DNA of 64,000 nt from Octopus sinensis. Its lineage: Eukaryota. Shown piece after piece: positions 36,901 through 49,053 of this stretch. A program made the translations under genes and the position numbers. The notes beneath the pieces were generated by a model. That model did not search any database, was not told where the DNA came from, and saw only the letters and a program-made list of their open reading frames with translations. The stretch lies in the NCBI RefSeq assembly GCF_006345805.1, contig NC_043015.1, forward strand, positions 10,912,001 to 10,976,000. Direction: 5' to 3'. Numbering within the stretch: the first letter of the stretch is position 1; every line of letters begins with the position of its first letter.

Positions 36901-37650
36901 TCGCTACGTTTACTGTTCGTTTATTTGGAACACCGTTATTTTGCTTCGCTATTTTGGGATTTGTTTCTCTCTAAATTTCTCAAATCGCATAACATTGTTT
37001 TATGTTGTTGACGATGTAGTTATATAACTGGGAGGGCTAATGTTTTTATTTCTATTGTCTCGTTTCTAGTATTTACTTCAGACTCTTCGGTAATAATCTT
37101 TTCTAATTTTCTATTTTATTTCAGCGTGTTAAGTCCCATCAGCTTCGTCTACTGATAAGTATTTGTGTGACTGGTTCTGGTCTATTTCACTGATTTCGTT
37201 GTCTGTGTTAAATTAAATGTTTTTAGCTTAAGTGAATTTGCCTCTTATTATACTTGGTTTGGCACATTTCTGTAATTCCCTAATCATGTTTATGTCTTGC
37301 TAGAATTAAAGAACGATTTTTAGCCGCCTTGCAAACCGTGTTGTCTCCGGTAAATAATTTATGTCATCCATAGAAAACAAATGTCTTTGTAGTTTTTCCG
37401 TAGTATCAATATAGGTTTGTGATTTAGTCAGCAGTTTAATTAATGAAAAGGGGGATATAAGGGTTGTGATCCGGATGTTCTTCTGTTTTGTAATTATAGA
37501 CATGGCGTTAATTATTTTGATTTGACTGGTAGTTAATTTTCAGGTTAGTATCTTATTGAAAAATTTTGCTATAATATCCGATGTTTGTTTTCTTTTAATG
37601 GGAAAGTTTGCAACATGTGCGGAACACTTCGTTATTATTAGTAGTAGTAA

Positions 37651-37850
37651 GGCGGCGAGCTGGCAGAATAATCAGCACGCCGAACAAAATGTTTAACAGC
37701 ATTTCACCCGCCTTTACGTTCCGAGTTCAAGTTCCGGTGAGGCCAACTTTGCATTTCATCCTTTCAGAGTATCAGTTACGCACTGGAGTCGATGTGATCG
37801 ACTAGCCCCTTCCCCAAATTTCAGGCCTTGTACCTATAGTAGAAAGAAAA
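37651..37850 (+). mobile_element. tRNA-derived SINE family 2, near full length
   Basis: ggcggcgagctggcagaa (A box), gagttcaagttccg (B box), tttcatcctttcagagtatcagttacgcactggagtcgatgtgatcgac, and an A-rich tail. Confidence 0.85.
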
Positions 37851-37865
37851 ATAATAAATCATCAT

Positions 37866-37866
<1 letters not shown>

Positions 37867-37946
<80 letters not shown>
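37867..37946. repeat. Compound (CAG)n(TAG)n microsatellite at an R4/Dong 3' end
   Basis: Directly visible. Confidence 0.95.
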
Positions 37947-39520
37947 CGTTCAGGACCAGTTTCCTTAGCTTTCGAGGATATTCTTTTCATTCTTTGCTGC
38001 TCCCATTAGAACAGATGTTTAAATTAATCCAACTCTTGTAGTCACACCAATTTCAAAAAGGGAACTGTATGTGGCGGTACCTAGGGCACCTATAACATTT
38101 GGAATCAGTTTTGTAGAAACCCTCAACAGTTGTCATACATTCTTAGGCAAATGCTTGTATTTCCCTATTTTCTATTTCCATATTTCCTCCTTCTACAGCC
38201 TTTTTGCTCGGGCAGTAATATAACGTTCTCATCAAGAACTTTATGCAATTCTTCTGCAATCCCTCCTGAGAATAACTTCCACATTAATTGGAGGCAGGAA
38301 ATTGGTCTGCAATTGTCAGCAGCATTTCCCTTTGATGCGTTCTTCAGGAACAACACCATTTGTTCATTTGTTAACCAGCCCGGGATTTCTTGTTCCCCAT
38401 TGATCAATGCATTAAATTGCTCTGCGATCAATTTATGAGAACTACTGAACTTTTTATCTAAAACCCCTATACACCATCAGGTTCGGCTGCTTTCCAATAG
38501 CTTATCTGTTTACTCATATTTCTGATACAGTCTTCTGTGAAGCGGATCACCTCTTGTCGGGAATAAGAAGCTGTTTGCTTCAAGCTGCAGAGCCATTGAG
38601 CTGTAGCATTATGTTGTTCTTGCTTATTCCATATCTTACCCCCAGAAAGTCGACTTTCATCAGCTAAACCTTCACATTTTTTATCATCATGAATCTGTTG
38701 GTAAAATATTTTTTGGTCAGTTCTAAACAATTTGCTTTGCTGGTGTTGCTTAATCCGTTGTTCAATTAGCTTTGTTTTTTTGCTGCTTCAGTCCTCCAAT
38801 TATGATATTCATGTTTTTGCATCTACACCATAATACTCCCTAAATTTTTCGAATTTCCAATTATTCTTAAGTTTTCCATTTCTTTTCCTGACAAATACTG
38901 ACACCGCACTGTTCAAGGAGTTTATCTCTTCAGAAATTCTCCTTTTCCACCACGGGTGTTTATTTCTTCTTCTATCAGTCTGTGTTCTATTCTCAGTAGT
39001 TCAAAATCCTATCCTTTCCGGCATACTCCTACCAGCAACCTTGATAAGATTATTTATTTCTGTCTGATGGCCTTTGTTTCAATGTGTATCAATACATTAT
39101 TGACTGTATTGGTCTCTTGATTTAGTCTCAATTCGTTAACCTTCTTAAAGACCCTCATTAATTCTGACACTTCTGTATTTAATAGATCAAAAATTCTGTT
39201 TATTATTAATCGATCTTTACTGTTTGAATGGTCACTGATCTCAATTCATTCACAATTCACGGTATTATATTCTTGCAAAGAATTATCCATTTCTATAGCA
39301 CTTGCGTTTTTACATGCGCAGCTTCACTCGCTGTCCTTCTTTCAATAGCTTCTAGCTCCAATTCTGTTAACAATTCATTCTGTTAACCATCTGTTTGCTC
39401 AGATACCCACTGTTCAGTAAATTCATATAGTTACATTTCCTTCCATTCACTGTGCATTCGTTTTCTGCATTCTCTGAGAGGCACGCCATTTGCATCCCCT
39501 GCACTTGTTGCGAATTATTA
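37947..39520 (-). mobile_element. R4/Dong-clade non-LTR retrotransposon, internally deleted
   Basis: TELELEAIERR (N-terminal region); ISYWKAAEPDGV (NWKAxGPDG); GWLTNEQMVLFLK...DNCRPISCLQLMWKLFSG...PEQKGCRR (RT). It then jumps to the endonuclease C-terminus IPNVIGALGTA...SVLMGAA. Confidence 0.8.
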
Positions 39521-40911
39521 TTGTTATTATTCCTTCGTAATACAGTGTAAAAATGTACCAGAGTTTTTAGTCATCTGTCAAGTCACAACAAGGACCTCAT
39601 CAGATAATACTTTCTTTAAGATGTCCGCTGTGCCCAATAAGGCTACTTTTTGCAAGACATCGACCTTGCATGGGATCTCCAGCTGCCTTCAGAAGTTTTG
39701 AAGTTTCAATGGGATTGAGCCCAACGCTCTGATCACCACTGGTTTCACTTTCACATTATCTTCTCGCATTCCGTTCAGTATTTGGTGATTTTTTCAACCT
39801 CTTTACTCACAACATTCATGTCATTTGGTATGCCTATATCAATGGTCAGTGTGGCTATTAGTTCTGTGACAGTCAGGTTGACGCTATTTATTATTGATAT
39901 TGTTTTATTATCAACTTTTACTTTTGGGACGTAAATTCGGTGATCCACTCTGAGATCGGTGGCTTTCAAATCTTTGATTATGCTCATTTCAGGAGTATCA
40001 TAAACATTAGTTTCACCTTCATCGGTATTCTGGTTTGTTGCATTTTGCATATCATTATACATTTCTACGGTGCGGGTTTGTTGTGTTTCGTTGCTTACTT
40101 CGTTTTTGTTGGACATGTTACGTATATGTCTTCGTATTTTACAATCCCAGTACTTATGATACTATTTGGATTTGCTGATGTATTTTTCCTTTTAAGTGTT
40201 CTGTTTCTATTTCTGATATTTTCTGTTTGTTTGAGTTGAGAATATAGCTACGTATCTTAGCTAGCATATTAGGGTTCTTTGCTGCATCCAAATCTTTATA
40301 TAGGTTATCTTTCTTCCAGAGTTAAATAGTATATGTTGTATTTTCTTCTGTGTGCAAAGCACTACTATAAAATAAACTTGTAAAATTGAAATATATTCTT
40401 CACGTGTCCACGTATGCTTTGTTGATTTTATTTGTAGGATATGAGGAATAACGTCCGGCCCTTTATTTTCATGGTCATCATTTTCGTAGGGTACCAGTCC
40501 CTCCAATTTTGCTGTTAAATGGATTTCCACGTGTGGTCTTTCGTACTTTTTGTGTAACAAGTTTAAAGTGCATACTTCCCGTTTGTTATCTTTGACTTGA
40601 ATAATACGTTATGATTGAATTTAGTTTTCATTTTTGTGTGTGCATCGTCGTTCGGGACAGAGATGGTCTGATCTTGATTGGATAGTAATGTAGCGAGCGT
40701 GTTGTCACGTGTTGCGCGATCAATGGAGATGATACACAGTTAAAATACATCATTTCATTTGGTAAATAGAAATAAATGAATACTACTTAACCGGATATAG
40801 TCCAACACTTTGTCATTATTTTAGGCTCCATTTGTTGTCTGTATTCCCAATAGTTTTGGATAGATGTTGGAGCAGTGTTTTATCGCTCTCGTATGTTGAA
40901 CGGCCTCAGTG
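39521..40911 (-). mobile_element. R4/Dong-clade element, internally deleted (5' UTR, N-terminus, C-terminus and 3' UTR)
   Basis: KHTWTREEYISILQVYF (N-terminal motif); VKVKPVVIRALGSIP...LIG (PVVIGALG...LLGTA) at 39780-39620; short (TAA) tail; 5' end abuts (GAA)n. Confidence 0.7.
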
Positions 40912-41124
<213 letters not shown>

Positions 41125-41377
41125 TCAGTAGTTTTATTCCACGTCACTATTGAGCGCAGCTCTACGTGCCTTGGGTATGCGCTGTGCTTTGTTGCGGTGC
41201 TCTTATGGTTACTGTCTTCAAAGTGTTTTGCGTAGGATGTGTGCAGTGCGTGTGTGTGTGTGTGTGTATGTCTTGTTTCAATACTGCGCTCATTCTTTAT
41301 GGAGAGGTCTCATAACATTCCTCTAATTCATGTTTTTTCTCTCATATCTTCTAGTTCGTGTTCATACCAATTTTGTG
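41125..41377 (-). mobile_element. R4/Dong 3' end with 3' UTR and (TAA)n tail
   Basis: TAHILRKTL at the ORF end. The 3' UTR cacagcgcatacccaaggcacgtagagctgcgctc...aataaaactactgaataataa is homologous to 43583-43680. Confidence 0.7.
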
Positions 41378-41403
41378 TTATTATTATTATTATTATTATT
41401 ACT

Positions 41404-41877
41404 ATTTCAGATAATAACCTGCTAATTTAATAAGCAGCAATGCTATTTTGTGTTTTGGTAAGAAATCTCTTCAAATCTCAAGAATCTTTCTTAGAATTCC
41501 AACACAACATAGGACTGCATTTTTCTGCAGGTCGGTCGACCATTTGAGTTCCAATTACAATATGCTTCAGCCTTTTAGGTAGTAACCAGGTTGCTGTACC
41601 AAGTGTATCGAAAATCGCAGAAATAAATGTTGTTCCAGAATATCGATCCCTCTTCTCTTTCCTAACATTTCTCACTTGTTTCAATTTCTTCTGTATCAAC
41701 TGCATTATGCGACGGAATTCCAAAGTCTCTGAACTTACACTATCCTTTATTTTTCTTTCGTCTCTTGTTTCAATAGTTTTATTGTTTCAATACTGCGCTC
41801 ATTCTTTATGATATTTCTTTAATTCATATTTTTCTGTAATATCTTCTAGTTCGTGTTCATACCAATTTTGTGTTATT
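41404..41877 (-). mobile_element. R4/Dong C-terminal fragment
   Basis: QNWYEHELEDITE (WYEHxP), FISAIFDTLGTAT, AEKCSPMLC... then a (TAA)n tail at 41378-41403. About 110 bp (41762-41877) is duplicated at 41270-41385. Confidence 0.55.
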
Positions 41878-41995
41878 TAGAAACCGAACACTAGGTTAAG
41901 CCAAATGCACTCTTTTAACTACAAAACCCTCACAGCACTTATATTACTACTAGTATTATTGCTGTTGTTGTTGTTGTTGTTGCTGCTGTTATTGT

Positions 41996-42300
41996 TTATT
42001 GCCTCCACCAATCGTGTGTTTGAAGATCCACATGTCTGCCTTTTGCTTTCCGTCTTAGAAGATTAATTTCATTAATCTTATTGTTGTATTTTGTTTTCAA
42101 GTTGACCTGGACAATATTGGTTTGATCAAATGTTGGTTTCAAATGCGCTACGGGGCAAAGAATTTGAAAGAATAAATTTCTTTTCCAGATATTGAAAATG
42201 TTCAATATGTAGTTGTCTTCATCGCCGAACCGAACCAAGTACAAAGGAGGGTGGGAGCAGCGTTTGAAGATGAAATTGTCTTCCGCTATCACTTTCCCCT
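41996..42300 (-). mobile_element. R4/Dong C-terminal (Zn-knuckle/endonuclease) fragment
   Basis: FKRCSHPPLYLVRF...FQILCPVAHLKPTFDQTNIVQVN, resembling C..Y..RH...ILWD..xTD....xPDIV. (CAA)/(TAA) tail to the left. Confidence 0.45.
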
Positions 42301-42329
42301 TAATTTTTTTTCAAATACAAATCGAGACA

Positions 42330-43435
42330 TAGCCGCTGTATCAATAACAACAAAAGCAGCAGTAGCAAGAAATATCGAGTAACAAAGTTGGAAAAATAAG
42401 TAGTAACAACAAAGAGAGTATTATGAACGCATCACGTAAATGGAAAAAGTAGAAGTTTTCTTTCACTCAGAATCCCTAGCTAACAAATACTCTGCCGTAC
42501 CACAGGAAATGGGTAATTTTACATTGATGCCATATGCCTGGGACGGAGAAGGATACGCATAAAATCTCAAACATGCTACCAGAACTATTTTCTGGTGAGA
42601 GAACGGTAGAAATGTGTGGTATTTGCAGATCTCAGTTCACGTATGGAAACTTAAAGATTTCAGAAAACGAATTGGGAAGGACAATTTAACTCAATTTAAA
42701 CCAGAGACATTGCATAAAATTATCGGTCTGAGCAATCGCTGGAGGGTATTAACTGAAGTTGGTTTTGTAAGGCGAGGCTGCAACGCTACATCCGTGGGGA
42801 TTTCGGCTGCCTCGAAGATTTGTGCTTGACCCTCCAGTTCGTGGCCAAAGCTTGGTCTTGCGCTCTCAGTATAGTGCACACGGGACCTTTTTAAGTGTTC
42901 TTTTCATCAGTCACTCTCACCTAATTTTCCAGGAACTTGTATGTGGTCATATGAAATTGTGTAGTAACTTCTTGCATAAAATCTTCTTCTTGACGTTTTT
43001 GTACATTTTTTTTCCTTTTTTCTCAGCCTTCATTCTCCCCTGTTCCTAACTGTCACTGGCAAAATTTTCTTACTTTGGACTAGGTATCTAATTAAGTTCT
43101 CGAGTTCGATATGCACGCAGTCTTCCACACTTATCAGTTCTTTTCCTCCATTTGCTCTCTTCATGTATAGGTGATCAGTGTTTGCACGTGTTTCAAGGAC
43201 CCTGCATCGTTAGGAGCTTTCTTGACTCCCTGTCCATTTCTTTTACCCCCTGTTCTATCCATTTCAGGATTCCAGCGCGATACCGAACTACTACGAATAC
43301 GCGCGAGTTTATTGCTTAAATCGTTTCCGACATTCAGCTTTGAAACCAATATTTTTCTCAGTCGCTGCAGGCACTCTCTTTTTGTCTTTTCCTTCATGTC
43401 GTGTTTGATTCCATCTGCCGCAAGTATTCCCAGGT
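42330..43435 (-). mobile_element. R4/Dong fragment (post-RT region and endonuclease)
   Basis: MKEKTKRECLQRLRKILVSKLNVGN (EYxRRxRxILxSxLNxxN); QIFEAAEIPTDVALQPRLTKP. Confidence 0.6.
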
Positions 43436-43485
43436 ATTTATAGCTGGTTTATATTATTATGATCATTATTATTATAATAATAATA

Positions 43486-43528
<43 letters not shown>

Positions 43529-43582
43529 TATTATTATATTTATTATTATTATTATTATTATATTATTATTATTATTATTATT

Positions 43583-43680
43583 ATTCAGTAGTTTTATTTT
43601 TATAGCGTGCTTTCACTTCACTACCGAGAGCAGCTCTGTGTGCCTTGGGTATGTGCTGTGATTTGTTGTGATGCTCTGAT
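43583..43680 (-). mobile_element. R4/Dong 3' UTR remnant inside (TTA)n
   Basis: Homologous to 41125-41215. Confidence 0.7.
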
Positions 43681-43682
43681 TA

Positions 43683-43724
<42 letters not shown>

Positions 43725-43939
43725 CATTACTATTATTATTATTATTATAATTATTATTATTATATTATTATTATAATTATAATTATTATTATTATAATTA
43801 ATTATAATTATTATTATTATTATTATTTTATTATTTATTATTATTATTATCATTACTATTATATTATTATTATTCATCATCATTATTACTATTATATTAT
43901 TATTATTATTATTATATTATCATTATACTATTATCATCG

Positions 43940-43988
<49 letters not shown>

Positions 43989-44006
43989 CATTATGATTAT
44001 TATTAT

Positions 44007-44123
44007 CGCCTGCGTCATCCTTTCGGGGCCGATAAATTAATTACCAGTGAAACACTGAGGACGATGTAATCTCGACTGGTCCCATCCCCTAAAATTTCAG
44101 GTTCTGTGTCAATAGTAGAAGAA

Positions 44124-44127
<4 letters not shown>
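44007..44127 (+). mobile_element. SINE family 2, 3' half
   Basis: tcatcctttcggggccgataaattaattaccagt...cccctaaaatttcagg...atagtagaag. Confidence 0.75.
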
Positions 44128-44180
<53 letters not shown>

Positions 44181-44760
44181 GAGTGAGAGAGCAGTTCATG
44201 TCATCAAAGTGACACTGGGGTAAAATATACGAAGCCCAATATACCCATCATGACTACCCGTCTGATAAAGGTACACCAGACACATGCATCACAACCATAT
44301 GTGCGCGACATGGTGATCTCATATCAAGATAAACAGCACATGACCTTGCAGGTGGGGCCCAGTTAGAATTTTCTTCAGGTTGAGTAGCCCATCCTGCTCA
44401 AACGGTCCCTGAATAAGGGTTGCTTTAGGATGTTGAACGAAACACCTATGTTCCAGAGGTGAACCATTCAAACTCCAAAGAATCCCTCTCAACACATGGC
44501 CATGATGCTCCCCCACTACTTCTGCTCGTGATCAGAGATGCACATATCGTCAGCCACTAAGGGACATGCTCAACTGGTTAAGGTCAAACAACTGACAAGC
44601 AAATCTGTGGTATTGAGCAGAATATTTGCTGTAGCCCATCTTTTATACCAAGACAAAACAATGTACATGATAACACTTCCAGGTATTGAGCAGAATATTT
44701 GCTGTAGCCCATCTTTTATACCAGGTATTGAGCAGAATATTTGCTGTAGCCATCTTTTAT
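44181..44760. mobile_element. Unclassified interspersed repeat-like unit inserted in (TTA)n
   Basis: Sharp complexity boundary with (TTA)n on both sides and no meaningful ORF. A 42-bp terminal segment is present three times (44609, 44682, 44724). Confidence 0.5.
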
Positions 44761-45128
44761 TATTATTATCATCATTATTATTATTAATATTTTTATTATT
44801 ATCATTATTATTATTATTATTATGAAGGAGGTGAACGCACAGAATTCTTACAGGGTCTAGTAAAAGACTTGTATTATCTGTTTATCTAATGAAGTCAAAT
44901 TCCTACTTATATAACATTCAGTTTTAATTCAATCGAGGTCGATTTTATGAAGTACCACTTAAGTAATGATGGAATTCGACTGACTGCATACTACATATCA
45001 CCATTACAGTATCTATTCTTGTTTCAGCGAGAAAAAATCGTGTTTACAAGTTAATACACTCACACAACCACATAAATATGCATATGGCGTGAGTGTGTTT
45101 GTGTGTGTATGTGTATGTGTGTGTGTGT

Positions 45129-45199
<71 letters not shown>

Positions 45200-45249
45200 A
45201 TATTCATTCTGACAAAGAAAGCTTCTCTGTAATATGAAAGTAGATTTGT

Positions 45250-45470
45250 AGTTATAAGCATTTCTTATGTTTTATTGATAATATTTTTTCGGTGTTTGTG
45301 ATCACTTTGAAGAAAACTGTCTTCTGAAATTCACATACAGCAGATTTACCAGTAAGTCCTTTGAATTTCTGCATTGAGTCACGCTTCAATGTTCTTAATG
45401 CTCCTATAATTACAGAGAATTTGCTTGTGCCCATATGCCACTTCTTCGATATTTTCATTTTCGCCCTTTG
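45250..45470 (-). mobile_element. R4/Dong C-terminal fragment
   Basis: KISKKWHMGTSKFSVIIGALRTLKR...EFQKTVF...EKILS (VxxGALG...ExQKxV...RKxLS). Confidence 0.7.
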
Positions 45471-46581
45471 ATATGCTTGTCACATTCCTGCTAATACCGC
45501 TCAGGGTCGTTATTTAACAGTGAAGTAGGCTGCATGTAGTTAAAAAAAAGGTATTTTCTTTATGGTAGAATATAAAAAATGGACATTTCACAGAAGCGTC
45601 GACCGTATTATTCAAGCAGTCAGCCTGCAATTCTGAGGTGTAATCATACCTTCGTTATGGAAAATGCAATTCAATGTCCTTATATATGGAACGTAGACAT
45701 TTCACTGAGTTCAATGGAGCTAATCACATAGTAGATGGATATTTCTAGCTAAGGAATATGTAGATTATTTCTCCATGCTTAACACTAGCGTGGCATTAAA
45801 GGAAGAAAAATAAATTTGGTTTTTTTTTGTGATTAGATTCATTTCTTCAGATGTATTAACAGCATAGAAAAATGACATAGTTTTCTTGTATATGATGATG
45901 AATGCATATAAAAGGGGAATTGAAAATAAGGCTGGTCTTTATTATACGGAACCTATCAAGAGATATGGAGAACACATTTAGTATAGGAAGATGGGAAAGT
46001 GATAGATCTTTAGGTATATTGAAACCGACACTCAGTTTGAAACTTTCCATGAATGTACTTCACTCTTTAAATCACTTATGTAGTGATTTTGTGTAGAAGG
46101 AGAGGATGAATTATAATTTTAGTCATGCCACTCTACCTTCATATGGATTCTTTCTGCTTCGGCAAGTCCAGAATTTAGTTTCAGAAGGAAAAGTAACATA
46201 TGATTACGATCTTTAATTTTTCATTACAGCTAGTTAAGGTATCATTTTGAAATATACCCTTCATACAGCCTTCATACCAGGATTCATTACCTCGCCCTAG
46301 AACCCAAATCGATATATACGTAATAGTCGCTATAATCATATGAATTAGTTATTGTACATTGTCCTCCTGAGGAAAACATATATCAACGCAAGGTTAGATG
46401 TGTTTCGCTTTTATATACTGCTCTGTGTTAGAATGCTCTCAAAGTTCATACGGTAGGGCTGCTGTAGTAAAAGCATTCGGTCTTGGATACATGAAGTTAT
46501 TAAATTGGTAAAGTATAAATCAGGGAAATATATACGAAGGAAAAAAATGACCCAAGAAATCTTAATATTTACAAAGTGCTA

Positions 46582-46678
46582 AGGTGGCGAACTGTAATGC
46601 TTAGCACGCTGGGCAAGACACTTTCAAGCATTTCATCGGTCTTTACTATGTTCTGAATTCAAATACCACCTGGGATGA
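46582..46678 (+). mobile_element. SINE family 2, 5' remnant
   Basis: ggtggcgaactg...ttagcacgctgggcaa...ttctgaattcaaat. Confidence 0.6.
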
Positions 46679-47398
46679 TACATGAAGTACTAGTGTTGAT
46701 GTATTTGACTTACTCGTTCGCACAACTTAGTAATCTTATGCCAATATTCAGTATTTCTGAATTCAGAATTTCTAAAGTGAAGGCATGTTGCTGATTATTT
46801 TCTACAGACAAGTTAAATATAAATTCTTCCGTAATTCACGACGAATTTATTTTTATTGGATCAAGTACAATATCCTTACATGTTGATGGTTGTAACATTT
46901 GGAATTCGGTACGGCTAAAATCGTAAAATTGCCTTTGGCTATTACGATGTTACAACAGAATTTTAATTCCCTTTAAAGACAGAACTGTTGTACCTAATGA
47001 ATTTTGAAAATAAAAGTCTTCTCTATTTCGATTATATTTGAGTCAATTGAGAATACATTGGTTTCACTGAATATTTTATACCTTAAGAAGAATATTTTGT
47101 CGTAAACCAATAGAAATTCTCTCTGCTTAAGCGGATCTGAAATGTTTCAGCGAAATTCCTTCCTAACCAACCACTCGATTCTTTTATTATAAGTGCGTAA
47201 CATTAAGCTTAAGCAATATCTAATTTTATTCTCTTTACATAGATAACTTGTCAATGAAGTTTTAATGTACAAGCGTTTACACAATTCTCCTGAAGCATTC
47301 CTGAATTATAAGTACTAACGTTTTGTACCACATTTCCTCTTTTAATTCAGTGGCAAAAATCATACGCATTAATATATATATATATATATATATATATA

Positions 47399-47655
47399 AC
47401 GGGAAGCTTTATGAAAATAGACAAAAGACGAAGGCAGGTGGAAAACAAACGAACAATTGTATTAGTATGGCACTCAGGAAATATAAATAAAACAAGTCTT
47501 TAACGTTTCGAGCCTACGCTCTTCAACAGAAAGATACACAGAGAGAAAAAAAACACAGAAAGAAGGAGAGAAAAAAATGCGTGCAGTAGCTAACGAATCA
47601 ACATGGCGATCTGATTTCGGCCAGAGGTCAAAGATCAAACATGACCGCGAGAGCG
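47399..47655 (-). mobile_element. PLE pseudo-LTR-like unit (family C) ending in (TA)n
   Basis: Contains a minimal HHR-like motif. On the minus strand it ends ...cttcgtcttttgtctattttcataaagcttcccgt then (TA)n. Confidence 0.6.
47497..47534 (-). ncRNA. Minimal type I hammerhead-like motif with variant core CTGTTGA
   Basis: Minus strand: TCTTT|CTGTTGA|A|GAGC-GTAG-GCTC|GAA-ACGT|T^AAAGA. Stem I is 5 bp, stem II is 4 bp, and stem III is the self-complementary ACGT. A6->U plus an extra A after A9. Confidence 0.55.
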
Positions 47656-48018
47656 ATGTATGTATATGTATGTATGTGTATATATAATAATAGTTTAAGG
47701 GGATATTATTCCAAACTTAAAGAGAAAAATTCAATTTAGAAATTCTAAATCAAAATTCACAAAATATAATATATATATATATAAATTGGAAAAAAAACAC
47801 ATTTTATCAATTCAAATTGAAAATTACGCCATCTAGAAAATATAATATTCAGTGTTTAAGATTTAAAATTTAATATTTCTATTATATGTAATTTTCCAGA
47901 TGGTGTAACTTAATTTTTCATTTTGAATTGATAAAAGGTGATAATTTATATATGAAGATATACATATATATATGAATATATATATATATATATATGTATG
48001 TATATATGTATATATATG

Positions 48019-48068
<50 letters not shown>

Positions 48069-48104
48069 CATACATATATATGTATATATATGAATATATA
48101 TATA

Positions 48105-48276
48105 TCTTTATATATATAAAACTGAGAATTTGAGTATGTCTGTCTGTCTGTCTGTGTGTGAGTATTGTTATCACTAGTGATATCAAGATATAACTTGATA
48201 TATTGTACACAATATATATACACATATATACATGCACTAGCACTATGACCCGGCAACGACGGGTCTTTAATGCTAG
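48105..48276 (+). mobile_element. Miniature non-autonomous Helitron
   Basis: Starts A|TC at 48105, has (TCTG)n near the 5' end, a 3' hairpin GACCCG-GCAACGA-CGGGTC (48247-48265) and ends CTAG|T at 48276. Confidence 0.7.
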
Positions 48277-48300
48277 TATATATATAAATTGTTAATACGA

Positions 48301-48433
48301 TGGGGAAGCTGTTTTATGGTATTTCGTCAGTCCATATTATCTTGGTTCGAATTCCGCCGTGATCGATATTGCCAGTCATCCTTTCAGGATCGATAAGATA
48401 AGCACCAATTGTGTACTGGAGTCCATGTAATCG
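48301..48433 (+). mobile_element. SINE family 2, diverged
   Basis: ggtatttcgtc...ggttcgaattccgccg...tcatcctttcaggatcgataag..agcacca. Confidence 0.65.
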
Positions 48434-48572
48434 CGGACCGGTTTTCACTTATTTATTTGTAAAAAAACAAATTTTAAAAATCCACGATTCCTACAGAGCT
48501 CATTATTGTAACAGTTAACGCAGCTCACATGGCACACAAGAAAGGACATTTATTAGCAACAGAAAAGTTAAT

Positions 48573-48751
48573 GTCGTAGTAGTGGCTGTGTGATAAGTAG
48601 CTTGCTTACCATCCACATGGTTCCGGGTTCAGTCCCACTGCATGGCATCTTGGGAAAGCGTTTTCTACTATAACATCGGACCAACCAAAGCCTTGTGAGT
48701 GGATTTGGAAGACGGAAACTGAAAGGAGCCCGTCGTATATGTATATATATA

Positions 48752-48829
<78 letters not shown>

Positions 48830-49053
48830 TTATGTATGTGTGGTGTGTATATGTTTGTGATTGTCCCCCCAACATCGCTTGACAACCGATGCTGGTGTGC
48901 TTCGTCCCCGTAATTTAGCGGTTCGACAAAAGAATCCGATAGATTAAATACTAGGCTTGCAAAGAATAAGTCCTTGGGTCGATTTGCTCGACAAACGGCG
49001 GTGCGACAGCATGGCCACAGTCAAATGACTGAAACAAGTAAAAGAGTAAAAAG
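48573..49053 (+). mobile_element. tRNA-derived SINE family 1, full length
   Basis: Colinear with 20134-20552 including the internal (TA)n and the tail cagcatggccacagtcaaatgactgaaacaagtaaaagag. Confidence 0.9.

Larger units (their letters stand above)
43440..44180. repeat. Long degenerate (TTA)n array interrupted by an R4/Dong 3' UTR and a SINE fragment
   Basis: Directly visible. Confidence 0.95.

Noticed and set aside
39560-39606. CTGATGA-GGTC...GACT-AAAA on the minus strand
   Set aside because: G12 is absent, stems I and III do not form, and it lies at an R4/Dong ORF end and 3' UTR, so it is a chance core match.
40640-40911. HDV-like ribozyme at the 5' end of the R4/Dong copy
   Set aside because: Some pairings exist (TCCAACA/TGTTGGA, GCTCCA/TGGAGC), but the P1-P2-P3-P1.1-P4 nested pseudoknot and L3 motif could not be built by eye. 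An HDV-like RNAMotif or Infernal search would be decisive.
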